Shown: positions 27,574 through 37,273 of the stretch, piece after piece
How positions within the stretch are numbered: the stretch's first letter is position 1
Layout: the number at the start of each line of letters is the position of its first letter
Assembly (NCBI GenBank): GCA_046292385.1
Contig: JBKBRF010000004.1
Coordinates: 192,001-256,000 of the forward strand
Origin: Armatimonadota bacterium
GTDB lineage: Bacteria; Armatimonadota; SYMT01
Reading direction: 5' to 3'
DNA length: 64,000 bases
The notes under the pieces: model-generated
Seen by the model: the letters and a program-made list of their open reading frames with translations, nothing else
The model's database searches: none
What the model was told of the DNA's origin: nothing
Position numbers and translations under genes: made by a program

Positions 27574-27855
27574 AGGGTTTAGGGTTTAGGGTTTAGGGTT
27601 TAGGGTGTGGGGCCGGCGATGGCGTGCTGCGCCAATCGATTACGGCTACTCCTGCTCTTACTCTTGCTCCTGCTCCTGCTCGCTGGCGACCACCGGTGCT
27701 CCGGCCGTCTCCGTCAGCCCGCCCAGAACCCGCCTGTCCCCCGAGCCGCGTCCTGGGTGCCGGCGATCCATCCCCCCGCCGCAGGTGAGCAGTCGCCTTC
27801 GCACGGCGGCCCCGTTCCCACAGACCTAAACGCTACCCCCTAACCGCTACACGCT
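27574..27855. repeat. (AGGGTTT)4 heptamer array with degenerate inverted C-rich array, enclosing a hexamer repeat
   Basis: Four perfect AGGGTTT units at 27574-27601; CCTAAACGCTACCCCCTAACCGCTACACGCT at 27825-27855. Confidence 0.85.
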
Positions 27856-27969
27856 GTACAGCGCTACACGCTTTGGCAAAGCCCCAACGTGATACAATCG
27901 AATGGTTTTTGACGCGCCGCCGCGGCCCCGAGGGGGTGCATGCGGCGCATTGATGCAGGAGGCTCTCGG

Positions 27970-28437
27970 ATGGCGGAGGTCGCCAAGCCCGCTCCCCCGC
28001 ACGGCCGCTACAAGCGACGCCTGGCGGATGCGGACTTCAGCCTGGAAGCGAACACAGAGTCGGTGCCCGCGGACGGCAGGTTCTATGTAATGCGGAACGA
28101 CGAAGTGGTGATGGCTTCGGAGGACTTCGAGGAAGCGACCACCGAGTACCACCGCCTTTGCCGCGGCTTCTGGGAAGCCCGTCTGGAAGATCCGTCGCCG
28201 CAGGTGCGGGTTGCCGCCGCCTGGGGGCTGCTGGGTCTCGATTCCGGCAACAAGCAGGCGCAGGCGATCATCCAGCAGGACGGCACCCCGCAGGAGAAGA
28301 AGCGCCTGGAGCAGGCCCAGTCGCGCCGCCGCGCACTGCGGGCCCGCAATGCTCCCAAAGTCGCGCGGGAGAAGCCGCAGGAAGAAGAGAGCAGCGACGC
28401 CTCCGAGAAGGAAGAGAGCGAGTCCGAAGACGAATAG
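27970..28437 (+). CDS. Hypothetical protein with acidic tail
   Basis: GGAGG SD, upstream TGnTACAAT extended -10, host-like codon usage. Confidence 0.65.
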   Translation: MAEVAKPAPPHGRYKRRLADADFSLEANTESVPADGRFYVMRNDEVVMASEDFEEATTEYHRLCRGFWEARLEDPSPQVRVAAAWGLLGLDSGNKQAQAIIQQDGTPQEKKRLEQAQSRRRALRARNAPKVAREKPQEEESSDASEKEESESEDE

Positions 28438-28476
28438 CCTCGGCTCGCACCACGCTTTTCGGCCGCGCCGTCCGGA

Positions 28477-29319
28477 TCACGATCCCGGACGGCGCGGCCG
28501 GCTTCGTTTCTGGCTGCTGAAGAGATAGAAGAGCGGCTGGCCGAAGCGGTCCTTGCCGAAAGAAGAGACCACCTTTCGGGCTGCCGGGCTCTGCAGATAG
28601 CGGACGAACGCCGCCGCTCCCTCCGCGTTCAGCGCGGGGTGCTTCCGCCGGTCGACCGCGATCACCGCGTACGGGTTCCGCAGCTCCCCGCCGCCCTGGT
28701 AAAGCACCTGCAGGCGCAGCCGCCGCTTCAGGGCGAGAAAGGTGGCGCGGTCGGTGAGCGTGTAGGCCGCACGCTCGGAGGCCATCCGCAGCGTCTCTCC
28801 CATGCCGGAGCCGGCGGAGACATACCAGCGGCCCCGCGGCGCGATCCTGGCCGCCGACCAGAGCTCCTGCTCCTTCTGGTGCGTGCCGGACTGGTCCCCA
28901 CGGGAGATGAACGGCGCCGTCCCCCGGGAGAGGGCGGTCAGCGCCGCCGCCGCCGAGCGCGCTCGCTTTACGCCGCTCGGATCGTCGGCCGGGCCGGCGA
29001 GGATGAAGTCGTTGTAGAACACGGGGATGCGCCAGACTCCGTGCCCCTGCCGCACGAACTCCGCCTCCGCTCTTGGGGCGTGGACCAGCAGCACGTCGGC
29101 ATCGCCGCGCCGCCCCAGCTCCAGCGCCTGGCCGGTGCCGACCGCGATCACCTTCACCCGCAGGCCCGATTGGCGCTCGAACGGCGGCACCAGCGTGTCG
29201 AGGAGGCCGCTGTCCTCCGTCGAGGTGGTGGTCGCGAGGATCAGCTCCCCGGGAGCCGCCGGGAGGGCTCCGGCAGTGAGGAGCGCGAGCAGGAGCGCGA
29301 GGCAGGATCTTCGGAGCAT
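28477..29319 (-). CDS. tupA: Tungstate ABC transporter substrate-binding protein
   Basis: ATTTSTEDSGLL, AVGTGQAL, SRGDQSGTH. Confidence 0.9.
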   Translation of the reverse strand: MLRRSCLALLLALLTAGALPAAPGELILATTTSTEDSGLLDTLVPPFERQSGLRVKVIAVGTGQALELGRRGDADVLLVHAPRAEAEFVRQGHGVWRIPVFYNDFILAGPADDPSGVKRARSAAAALTALSRGTAPFISRGDQSGTHQKEQELWSAARIAPRGRWYVSAGSGMGETLRMASERAAYTLTDRATFLALKRRLRLQVLYQGGGELRNPYAVIAVDRRKHPALNAEGAAAFVRYLQSPAARKVVSSFGKDRFGQPLFYLFSSQKRSRPRRPGS

Positions 29320-29322
29320 GCG

Positions 29323-30030
29323 TTACCAGACCATCTGACCGGAGAGGAAGTCGCGAGCCGCGGGGGAGGCTTCCCGGCCGAAGAACCGCTCGGCCGCGCT
29401 CTGCTCCGCCACTTCGCCGCGCAGCAGCAGGACCACCTCCGAGGCGACCCGGTGCGCCTGCGAGGGTGCGTGCGTGACCCACACGACGGTCGTGCCCCGC
29501 TCCGCCTGGACTTCCCGCACCAGCTCCTCGAAGAGCGCCACGTTTTCCGGGTCAAGGTTGGCGGTCGGCTCATCGAGCAGCAGCACCTCCGGCTCGAGCA
29601 GCAGCGTGCGGGCGAGCGCAACCCGCTGTGCCTCTCCGCCGGAGAGAGTGCGGGCCGACTGGCGCGCCCGCTCCGCCAGCCCCAGGCGCTCCAACAGGGG
29701 GAGGGCACGGGCCGCGGCGTGCCGCTCGCCCCGAAGACGCAGCCCCAGGCTGGCGTTGTGCAGCACGCTCCCGCGGATCAGGATCGGCCGCTGGAAGAGC
29801 AGCGCGCAGGTGGGCGGTCGCGGCGGTTGCCTCCGCCAGGTCACCTCGCCCGCGTCGGGACGCTGGAGCCCTGCCAGCAGACGGAGCAGCGTACTCTTGC
29901 CGGCGCCGCTGGGGCCGAGCAAGGCGGTAGTCGTGGCCACGGGGAGAATCAGCCGCGGGATGCGGAGCGCCGCGCGGGAGCCGTAGCGCACCTCCACTGC
30001 GGTGAGGGTCAGCTCGCCCCTGGAGCTCAC
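29323..30030 (-). CDS. tupC: Tungstate ABC transporter ATPase
   Basis: GPSGAGKS, LSGGE, LLLDEPTANLD; lies between tupB and tupA. Confidence 0.85.
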   Translation of the reverse strand: MSSRGELTLTAVEVRYGSRAALRIPRLILPVATTTALLGPSGAGKSTLLRLLAGLQRPDAGEVTWRRQPPRPPTCALLFQRPILIRGSVLHNASLGLRLRGERHAAARALPLLERLGLAERARQSARTLSGGEAQRVALARTLLLEPEVLLLDEPTANLDPENVALFEELVREVQAERGTTVVWVTHAPSQAHRVASEVVLLLRGEVAEQSAAERFFGREASPAARDFLSGQMVW

Positions 30031-30692
30031 CGCTCCGCCCGTCCCTGCAGCAGGAGCAGCAGCGCGCTCGCCATCAGGGTGACACCCAGTAGCACCACGC
30101 CGAGACCCAGCGCCAGCTCGAAGTGGCCCTGCCGGGTCTCCAGCACGATGGCGGTGGTGACCACGCGGGTCTCGCCCTTCACGTTGCCGCCCACCATCAT
30201 CACGGCGCCGACTTCGCTGATGACGCTGCCGAAGCCGGCGATCAGCGCCGCCACGATGCCGCCGCTCGCCTCTCGCAGGACCAGGAGGCCTTCCTGCCAC
30301 GGCTGCGCGCCGAGCGCGCGGAGCTGGAGGCGGAGCTCCGGGTCAACTCCACCGACCGCGGCGGCGGAGAGGGAGGCGATCACCGGGAAGGCGATCAGCG
30401 TCTGCGCCAGGACCATGCCCTCGGGGGAGAAGAGCCAGCCGAGCGCGCCGAGCGGGCCCTCCCGGGAGAGCAGCAGGTAGAGGGCGAGGCCGACCACCAC
30501 CGGCGGCAGCCCCATTCCGGTGTAGAGCAGCGAGAGGACGGTCCCCCGCCCACGAAAGCGGAAGAGCCCCACCACGGCGCCCGTCGGGATGCCGGCGACC
30601 GCCGCGAGGGCGGTCGCCAGGCCGGTGACCTGCAGCGTGAGCAGGACGATCTGCCGCAGTTCGCCGTCTACCCCATGTCCGGGGTCCGCCAC
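30027..30692 (-). CDS. tupB: Tungstate ABC transporter permease
   Basis: MGLPPVVVGL, ISEVGAVMMVGGN...TRVVTTAIVLET. Confidence 0.9.
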   Translation of the reverse strand: MADPGHGVDGELRQIVLLTLQVTGLATALAAVAGIPTGAVVGLFRFRGRGTVLSLLYTGMGLPPVVVGLALYLLLSREGPLGALGWLFSPEGMVLAQTLIAFPVIASLSAAAVGGVDPELRLQLRALGAQPWQEGLLVLREASGGIVAALIAGFGSVISEVGAVMMVGGNVKGETRVVTTAIVLETRQGHFELALGLGVVLLGVTLMASALLLLLQGRAER

Positions 30693-32221
30693 GCCCGCCC
30701 GTCACGCGCCAGCAGCGCATCCGCCTCCGCCGGGCCCCACGAGCCGGCGGGATACTGGGGCAGCGATTCACACTCGTCGTCTTCCCAGCAGGTCAGGATC
30801 GGGTCGATCAGCTCCCAGGAGAGCTCCATCCAGTCGTCCCGGCTGAAGAGCGTGATGTCGCCGAGCATACAGTCGAGGAGCAGCCGCTCGTACGCGTCCG
30901 GCGGCTCCGCCTCGAACTCCTGCTGGTAGTCGAACCGCATGTGGACGGGCCGGATCTTCATCCCCGAGCCGGGCACCTTCACCCCGAAGCGCAGCCCGAT
31001 CCCCTCGTTCGGCTGGATGCGGATTGTCAGCACGTTCCGCTCCGGCGCGGTATCGCCGAAGCCGCGGAAGAGCAGGTGCGGCGCCCGGCGGAAGTGGATC
31101 GACACCTCCGTCACGCGGCACGGCAGCCGCTTACCGGAGCGCAGGTAGAACGGCACGCCGGCCCACCGCCAGTTCTCGATGCTCCACTTGACGGCGGCGT
31201 AGGTCTCGGTTCGTGACGCCGGCGCCACGCCCGGCTCCTCTTTGTAGCCCGGGACCGCCTTGCCGTCGATCTCCCCGGCGGAGTACTGGCCGCGGGCCGT
31301 CCACTCCGGCACCTCTTCCACGGAGATGGGGCGGATCGCCTCCAGCACCTTCGTCTTCTCGTTGCGGACGGCACGGTGGTCCATCGAGGCGGGCGGCTCC
31401 ATCGCCACCAGGCAGAGCACCTGCATCAGGTGGTTCTGAACCATGTCCCGCAGCGCGCCGGCTTCCTCGTAGTAGGCGCCGCGGCCCTCTACCCCCAGCT
31501 CTTCGGAGACCGAGATCTGCACGTGGTCCACGTAGCGGCGGTTCCAGATCGGCTCGAAGATGCCGTTCGCGAACCGGAAGACCATCAGGTTCTGGACCGT
31601 CTCCTTGCCCAGGTAGTGGTCGATCCGGTAGATCTGGTGCTCCCCGAAGACCTGCTTCAGCTCCTGGTTCAGCTCCCGCGCGGAGCGCAGGTTGTGACCG
31701 AACGGCTTCTCCACGATTACGCGCGCCCAGCCGCCCTTGCCTTCCTCCGCCGCCAGGCCGGAAGCGCCGAGCTGCTGCACGATCTCCGCGTAGCCGCTGG
31801 GCGGGGTGGCAAGGTAGAAGAGGTTGTTGCCGCAGGAGCCGCGCTCGTCGCAGAGGCGGTCGAGCAGCGCGCTCAGCTGCTGGTAGCAGTCCGGCTGGTC
31901 GTACCGCCCCTGCAGATAGAAGAGCCCCGCGGAGAACGTCTCCCACTCCGCCTCGTCAACCTGGCGGAAGCGGGAGTGGCGCTCCGCCGCCTCGCGCGCT
32001 TCCCGGCGGAATTCCTCGTCCGATTTGTCCGTGCGCGCCATGCCGACGATGGAGAACTGCTCCGGCAGCCGCCGCTCCATGTAGAGGTTCCAGAGGGCGG
32101 GAAGCAGCTTGCGGCGGGTGAGGTCGCCCGAAGCACCGAAGATGACGACGGTACAGGGTCCCGGCCGTCGGTTGTCGACCTGGAGAGTGTCCTGCATGGA
32201 TGGGTCCTGGCTCAACATCAC
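30668..32221 (-). CDS. zwf: Glucose-6-phosphate 1-dehydrogenase
   Basis: GASGDL, EKPFG, RIDHYLGKE. Confidence 0.96.
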   Translation of the reverse strand: MMLSQDPSMQDTLQVDNRRPGPCTVVIFGASGDLTRRKLLPALWNLYMERRLPEQFSIVGMARTDKSDEEFRREAREAAERHSRFRQVDEAEWETFSAGLFYLQGRYDQPDCYQQLSALLDRLCDERGSCGNNLFYLATPPSGYAEIVQQLGASGLAAEEGKGGWARVIVEKPFGHNLRSARELNQELKQVFGEHQIYRIDHYLGKETVQNLMVFRFANGIFEPIWNRRYVDHVQISVSEELGVEGRGAYYEEAGALRDMVQNHLMQVLCLVAMEPPASMDHRAVRNEKTKVLEAIRPISVEEVPEWTARGQYSAGEIDGKAVPGYKEEPGVAPASRTETYAAVKWSIENWRWAGVPFYLRSGKRLPCRVTEVSIHFRRAPHLLFRGFGDTAPERNVLTIRIQPNEGIGLRFGVKVPGSGMKIRPVHMRFDYQQEFEAEPPDAYERLLLDCMLGDITLFSRDDWMELSWELIDPILTCWEDDECESLPQYPAGSWGPAEADALLARDGRAWRTPDMG

Positions 32222-33012
32222 TCGGCGGAGCCCTGTCCGATCGCAACGTGATGGAAGCCGCCGTCCACGTGGATGAGCTCGGCGGTGACGCGGCTGGAGA
32301 GGTCGCTCAGAAGGTAGAGCGCGGTGTCGGCGACCGCGAAGCGGTCCTCCGTCGAGTTCCAGCCGATCGGCGCGCGCTCCGGCCAGCCCGCCTCCATCCG
32401 GACGAAGCCGGGGATATGCGTGGCCGCCATGGTCCGCATCGGCCCGGCGCTCAGGCTGTTGACTCGGATTCCCTGGGGACCGAGATCGCGCGCCAGGTAG
32501 CGCGCGGAGGCCTCCAGCGCCGCCTTGCAGACCCCCATCCAGTTGTAGTTGGGGTAGACGTGCTGTGAGTCGAAGGTGAGCGCGATGATCGACCCGCCCC
32601 GGGTCATCTTGTGCCGCGCGGCGCCCGCCACGAAGACGAGGCTGGCGGCGCTCACCTCCAGCGCGTAGAGTGCGTCGGCGCGCGGCGCCTCGAACATCGT
32701 CTCCTGCAGGCAGGTCTTCGGGTTGGCGTACCCGATGCTGTGCACCAGCCCGTCCAGCGGCGCCTCGATCTGATCGAAGAGCGCGGTGATCTCTTCATCC
32801 TTCGCCACGTCGCACGGGATGACCCGGTAGTCGTCCACGCTCAGCCCCTCGGACTTGAACGCGCGCCGCAGCAGCGAGTCGCGGAAGCGCTCGCTCTGCA
32901 CCGTGTAGATCACCTCGGCGCCCTGCTCGGCCGCCTTCTGCCCGATCGCCCAGGCGACGCTGCGGGTATCCAGCAGCCCCATCACCAGGATGCGCTTATC
33001 TTTAAGTAGCAT
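32218..33012 (-). CDS. fabI: Enoyl-ACP reductase
   Basis: SVAWAIG, LVHSIGYA, YNWMGVCKAALE, SAGPMRTMA, HVDGG. Confidence 0.9.
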   Translation of the reverse strand: MLLKDKRILVMGLLDTRSVAWAIGQKAAEQGAEVIYTVQSERFRDSLLRRAFKSEGLSVDDYRVIPCDVAKDEEITALFDQIEAPLDGLVHSIGYANPKTCLQETMFEAPRADALYALEVSAASLVFVAGAARHKMTRGGSIIALTFDSQHVYPNYNWMGVCKAALEASARYLARDLGPQGIRVNSLSAGPMRTMAATHIPGFVRMEAGWPERAPIGWNSTEDRFAVADTALYLLSDLSSRVTAELIHVDGGFHHVAIGQGSAE

Positions 33013-33152
33013 TGGTTGCTCCCGTCATCTTTCAATCTGCGAGAGGCGGCGCCCGGGATGCCAATTCCGAGCACGCCTCGATAGCTGCAGACTCGGCCGC
33101 TGGTAGTTCTACTTCCGGTCGCAGCACGGCCGAAATCGACTTCCCCACCCCA

Positions 33153-33311
33153 GTCATCCTGAACGGAGTGAAGGATCTACGTCACTCATCTTTTCGGGGA
33201 GACGATGAGCTCCCACGTTCGGGAGCGCCTCGCCAGGCCGCGTCCTCGTCACCCCAGTTCCTACTCCGGACCAGCACGGCTTCCGAGATTCTTCACTGCG
33301 TTCAGAATGAC
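33153..33311. mobile_element. MITE-like / REP-doublet element, about 160 bp with 26-bp terminal inverted repeats
   Basis: GTCATCCTGAACGGAGTGAAGGATCT...AGATTCTTCACTGCGTTCAGAATGAC; second copy at 55252-55407. Confidence 0.65.
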
Positions 33312-33466
33312 CAGATTCGCGGAAGGGTGCCTCGATCGGAGTACTGGACGGCCATCCATGCGGCGACCATCCCGTTTCATAGGGAGTGACCGACCTTCCG
33401 CCGTGCCTGTGGCTCAGGATGACTGGCGTTGGGGTTGGTGACGAGCCTTTTCCGGCGGTGCAGCCC

Positions 33467-34984
33467 CTAGAGACCTAATCGCTCCCGAAGCAGCTTCTGC
33501 ACCAGGTCCGGACGGGCGGAGCCGCGGGTCGCCTTCATCACCTGTCCCACCAGCGCGTTCAGCTTACCAAGCTCCCCGCGCTGGACGATCGCCTCCACCA
33601 GCTTCGCGTTCTCGCCGATCACCTGGTCGATCACCGGGATGAGCTGGTCCTCGGAGCCGACCACCTCGATTCCCTGCTCCTTCACGATCTCCGCCGGGGG
33701 CTTCCCGGTCTCCCACATCGTCTCGAAGAGGCTCTTGGCGATCTTGCCGGTGATGCGGCCGTCGTCCAGCATCTTCAGCATCTCGGCCAGCTCGGCGGGC
33801 TGCACCCGGACCGCGGCCCAGTCCCGGGCGGCGGCGTTGAAGAGGCGCATCCAGTCGCTCTGGAGCCAGTTCGCCACCTTCTTGGGATCGCTGCCGTAGG
33901 CCAGCACCGCCGCGTCGAAGTAGTCCGAGATCTCCCGCTCGTCGACCAGGATACCGGCGTCGTATTCGGAGAGGCCGTACTCCTCGGTATAGCGGCGGAG
34001 CCGCGCTTCCGGCAGCTCGGGGAGGGTCGCGCGGACCTGGTCGATCCAGTCGTCGCCGATCGCGAGCGGGATCAGGTCGGGCTCCGGGAAGTACCGGTAG
34101 TCGTGCGCGTGCTCCTTGGTCCGCATGGGGACCGTCTTCAGGTTCGGCTCGTCCCAGCGGCGGGTCTCCTGCCGCAGCGCGAGATCGCCCGTGTCGACCC
34201 GCATCTCCGGCGGCCCGGCGAGCAGGGGAGTGGCGCCGAGGTTTAGCCCCCGCTCCTGCTGCAGCGCCAGCGCCTGCCGGCCCGTTTCGTACTGGATGCC
34301 GAGGTGCACCACGCGGAAGCTGTTCAGGTTCTTCAGCTCCGACTTCGCGTTCAACTCGTCGGTGCCGCGCGGGCGGACCGAGATGTTCGGCTCGCAGCGG
34401 AGGGAGCCCTGCTCCATGCGGCCGTCGCTCGCGCCGATGTAGACCAGGATGCGCCGCAGTGCCATCAGGTACTCGCGCGCTTCGTCCGCGGAGTGGATGT
34501 CCGGCTCGGAGACGATCTCCATCAGCGGCACGCCGGAGCGGTTGTAGTCGACGAACGACGTGTCCCGCTCCGCGTGGAGCAGCTTGCCGGTGTCCTCTTC
34601 CAGGTGGACGCGGCGGATGCGGATCCGCTTCACCTCGCCGTTCACGTGGACGTCGAGGTAGCCGTTGATCCCGATCGGCAGATCGTACTGGCTGATCTGG
34701 TACGCCTTCGGCAGGTCCGGGTAGAAGTAGTTCTTCCGGTGGAACAGGTTGTGCCGGTTGATCTCGCAGTTGAGCGCCAGCGCGGTCCGGATCACGTGCG
34801 TCACCGCCGCCCGGTTCGGGACCGGCAGGCTGCCGGGGAGGCCGAGGCAGACGGGGCAGCAGAGGCTGTTCGGCGACGCGCCGAAGGCGGTCCCGCAGCC
34901 GCAGAACATCTTGCTCTCGGTGAGCAGCTCGGCATGGACCTCCATGCCGACGACGGCCTCGAAGCCGATCTCGGTCGTACTCAT
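33467..34984 (-). CDS. gatB: Asp/Glu-tRNA amidotransferase subunit B
   Basis: [41 protein letters not shown]. Confidence 0.97.
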   Translation of the reverse strand: MSTTEIGFEAVVGMEVHAELLTESKMFCGCGTAFGASPNSLCCPVCLGLPGSLPVPNRAAVTHVIRTALALNCEINRHNLFHRKNYFYPDLPKAYQISQYDLPIGINGYLDVHVNGEVKRIRIRRVHLEEDTGKLLHAERDTSFVDYNRSGVPLMEIVSEPDIHSADEAREYLMALRRILVYIGASDGRMEQGSLRCEPNISVRPRGTDELNAKSELKNLNSFRVVHLGIQYETGRQALALQQERGLNLGATPLLAGPPEMRVDTGDLALRQETRRWDEPNLKTVPMRTKEHAHDYRYFPEPDLIPLAIGDDWIDQVRATLPELPEARLRRYTEEYGLSEYDAGILVDEREISDYFDAAVLAYGSDPKKVANWLQSDWMRLFNAAARDWAAVRVQPAELAEMLKMLDDGRITGKIAKSLFETMWETGKPPAEIVKEQGIEVVGSEDQLIPVIDQVIGENAKLVEAIVQRGELGKLNALVGQVMKATRGSARPDLVQKLLRERLGL

Positions 34985-34996
34985 CTGTCGCTTCTC

Positions 34997-36463
34997 TCAG
35001 GCCTGAAGCGCCGGGGACCGGCGGTGCCACTCGGTCGCCTGCTCGTAGGCATGGGCGGCGCGCAGCATGGTCGCTTCCTGGAACGGCTGACCGATCACCT
35101 GCAGGCCGACTGGGAGCCCACCGCTGAAGCCGCACGGCACGCTCACCGCGCAGGTGCCGGCCATGTTGACCGGGATCGTGCAGATGTCGCTCAGCTTCAT
35201 CGCCAGCGGGTCGTCCAGCTTCTCGCCCAGGCGGAACGCCACCTCGGGCGACGTCGGGGTAACCAGCACGTCGAACCGCTCCCAGCAGCGGTCCAGGTCT
35301 TGCTTCACCAGAGTGCGGACCCGCTGCGCCTTCTCATAGTAGGCGTCGTAGTAGCCGGCGCTCAGGGCGTAGGTGCCGAGCATGATCCGGTGCTTCACTT
35401 CGGGGCCGAAGCCCTCTTCCCGGGTGTTCTCGTACATCTCGAGCACGTCCCGCGACTGCGATGACCGGATCCCGTAGCGGACCCCGTCGTACCGCGCGAG
35501 ATTGCTGCTCGCCTCCGCCGGGGCGATGATGTAATAGCAAGCGAGCGCGTACTCCGCGTGCGGCGTGGAGGTCTCTTCCACCACGGCGCCGAGCTGCCGG
35601 TAGACGTCGAGCGCCTGCTCCACGGCGGCGCGGACGTCGTCGTGAATCCCTTGCGCGAAGTACTCTCGCGGCACGCCGATCCGCAGGCCGCGGACGTCGC
35701 CGGTGAGCGCGGCGCTGAAGTCGGGCGTATCGAGCGGGGCGGAGGTGCTGTCGAGCGGGTCGTGCCGGGCGATTGCACTCAGCAGGAGCGCGGCGTCGGC
35801 CGTCGTGCGCGCGAACGGGCCGATCTGGTCCAGCGACGACGCGTAGGCGACGAGACCGTAGCGGCTCACGCGGCCGTAAGTCGGCTTCACCCCCACGATC
35901 CCGCAGAGCGAGGCGGGCTGGCGGACCGAGCCGCCGGTATCGCTGCCGAGCGAGACCGGGACCAGCCGTGCCGCGACCGCCGCCGCCGAGCCGCCGCTGG
36001 AGCCGCCGGGGACGCGGTCGAGATCCCACGGATTCCGGGTGAGGAAGAGACCGCTGTTCTCGGTCGACGAGCCCATCGCGAACTCGTCCTGGTTCGTTTT
36101 CCCGACCAGCAGGCCGCCCGCCTCGCGCACCAGCGCGGTCGCGGTGGCGTCGTAGGGCGGGCGCCAGTCGCCCAGGATCCGGGAGCCGCAGGTGGTGCGG
36201 ATGCCGCGCGTGCAGAGGTTGTCCTTCAGCGCTACGGGAACCCCCGCGAGCGGCGGAAGCGCCTCGCCGCGGGAGCGCGCCTCATCCAGCGCTGCCGCCT
36301 GCGCCAGCGCGGCCTCCGGGGTGACGGTCACGAACGCCCGCACCCGGGGATCGAGCTGCTCGATGCGCGCCAGGTGCGCGTCCGCTACTTCCCGGCACGA
36401 AACGTTCCCCCGCTGGACCGCGGCGCGGATCTCCGCGGCGGTGAGCTCCCACATCTCCGGCAT
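34997..36463 (-). CDS. gatA: Asp/Glu-tRNA amidotransferase subunit A
   Basis: GGSSGGSA, GSDTGGSVRQPA, SSNLARYDG. Confidence 0.97.
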   Translation of the reverse strand: MPEMWELTAAEIRAAVQRGNVSCREVADAHLARIEQLDPRVRAFVTVTPEAALAQAAALDEARSRGEALPPLAGVPVALKDNLCTRGIRTTCGSRILGDWRPPYDATATALVREAGGLLVGKTNQDEFAMGSSTENSGLFLTRNPWDLDRVPGGSSGGSAAAVAARLVPVSLGSDTGGSVRQPASLCGIVGVKPTYGRVSRYGLVAYASSLDQIGPFARTTADAALLLSAIARHDPLDSTSAPLDTPDFSAALTGDVRGLRIGVPREYFAQGIHDDVRAAVEQALDVYRQLGAVVEETSTPHAEYALACYYIIAPAEASSNLARYDGVRYGIRSSQSRDVLEMYENTREEGFGPEVKHRIMLGTYALSAGYYDAYYEKAQRVRTLVKQDLDRCWERFDVLVTPTSPEVAFRLGEKLDDPLAMKLSDICTIPVNMAGTCAVSVPCGFSGGLPVGLQVIGQPFQEATMLRAAHAYEQATEWHRRSPALQA

Positions 36464-36493
36464 CGAATTACGCTGCTCCGTCCGTATCAGTAG

Positions 36494-36790
36494 CTACTCG
36501 GTCTCGACGACGCGCGGGACGACGAAGTACTCGTCGCGGGCTTCCGGCGCGTCGCGCAGGATCTCTTCGCGCGGCAGCGAGGGGCGGGAGAGGTCTTCGC
36601 GCACGACGTTCCGCAGCTCCATCGCGTGGGAGGTGGGGGGGACGTCGGTCGTGTCGAGTCGCTGCAGGATCTCGAACTGGTCCAGGATGACGTTGAGGCT
36701 CTCCTGCAGGCGACTCTTCTCGTCCTCGGTGAGGCGGAGCCGGGAGAGGAGGGCCACGTGCTCCACCTCGGGCAAACTAAGCCTTGGCAT
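36494..36790 (-). CDS. gatC: Asp/Glu-tRNA amidotransferase subunit C
   Basis: VEHVALLSRL, DVPPTSH, YFVVPRV; directly upstream of gatA. Confidence 0.95.
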   Translation of the reverse strand: MPRLSLPEVEHVALLSRLRLTEDEKSRLQESLNVILDQFEILQRLDTTDVPPTSHAMELRNVVREDLSRPSLPREEILRDAPEARDEYFVVPRVVETE

Positions 36791-36902
36791 CGGCGAATTC
36801 CAGGCGGGCGGGCAGCCGGAGCCCGCCGATCACGAGGTATTCTATCACGGGGCCTGCTTGCGGCCGGTGCCGCGCCGGGGCCGCTCCGGAGGGGTGTGAA
36901 CG

Positions 36903-37118
36903 ATGAGTGAGACGGTGGAGTTTGCGTGCCCGCAGTGCGGCGCCGCGGCGCGCGTGGGCCAGGTGCAGGGCGACCGCTGCCCCGGGTGCGGCTTCGAGTT
37001 CAAGTGGTTCAGCGCCGCCGAGGCTCGCACGGCGCAGGACTACCACGCCGTGCTGACCCGCCGCACGCACCTGCTGGAGCTTCCGGAAGGAGAGGGGTTC
37101 ATCGTCGCGCACGAGTAG
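36903..37118 (+). CDS. Small zinc-ribbon protein
   Basis: CPQC...CPGC; GGAGG SD. Confidence 0.65.
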   Translation: MSETVEFACPQCGAAARVGQVQGDRCPGCGFEFKWFSAAEARTAQDYHAVLTRRTHLLELPEGEGFIVAHE

Positions 37119-37273
37119 CCTGCCGGCCAATCATTTTCTCGGAAGGGACATTGGGGCCACGCGAACGAACCTTCGCCTGAGTGACTACCGCCCGGCCGCC
37201 GTGGGAGCGAGCTCCCGCCCGGATGCCGTTCCGCGGGGCGCTCGCGTCGTTCGTCTTCAGGAAGGAGCCCCCC

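Noticed and set aside
27574..27608. Eukaryotic telomere contamination or replicon end
   Set aside because: Only 4-5 units, internal, between bacterial genes, with degenerate relatives across the window
27605..27843. Small ORFs with YSCSYSCSC or poly-Leu
   Set aside because: Frame translations of the same hexamer repeat; no SD or coding signature
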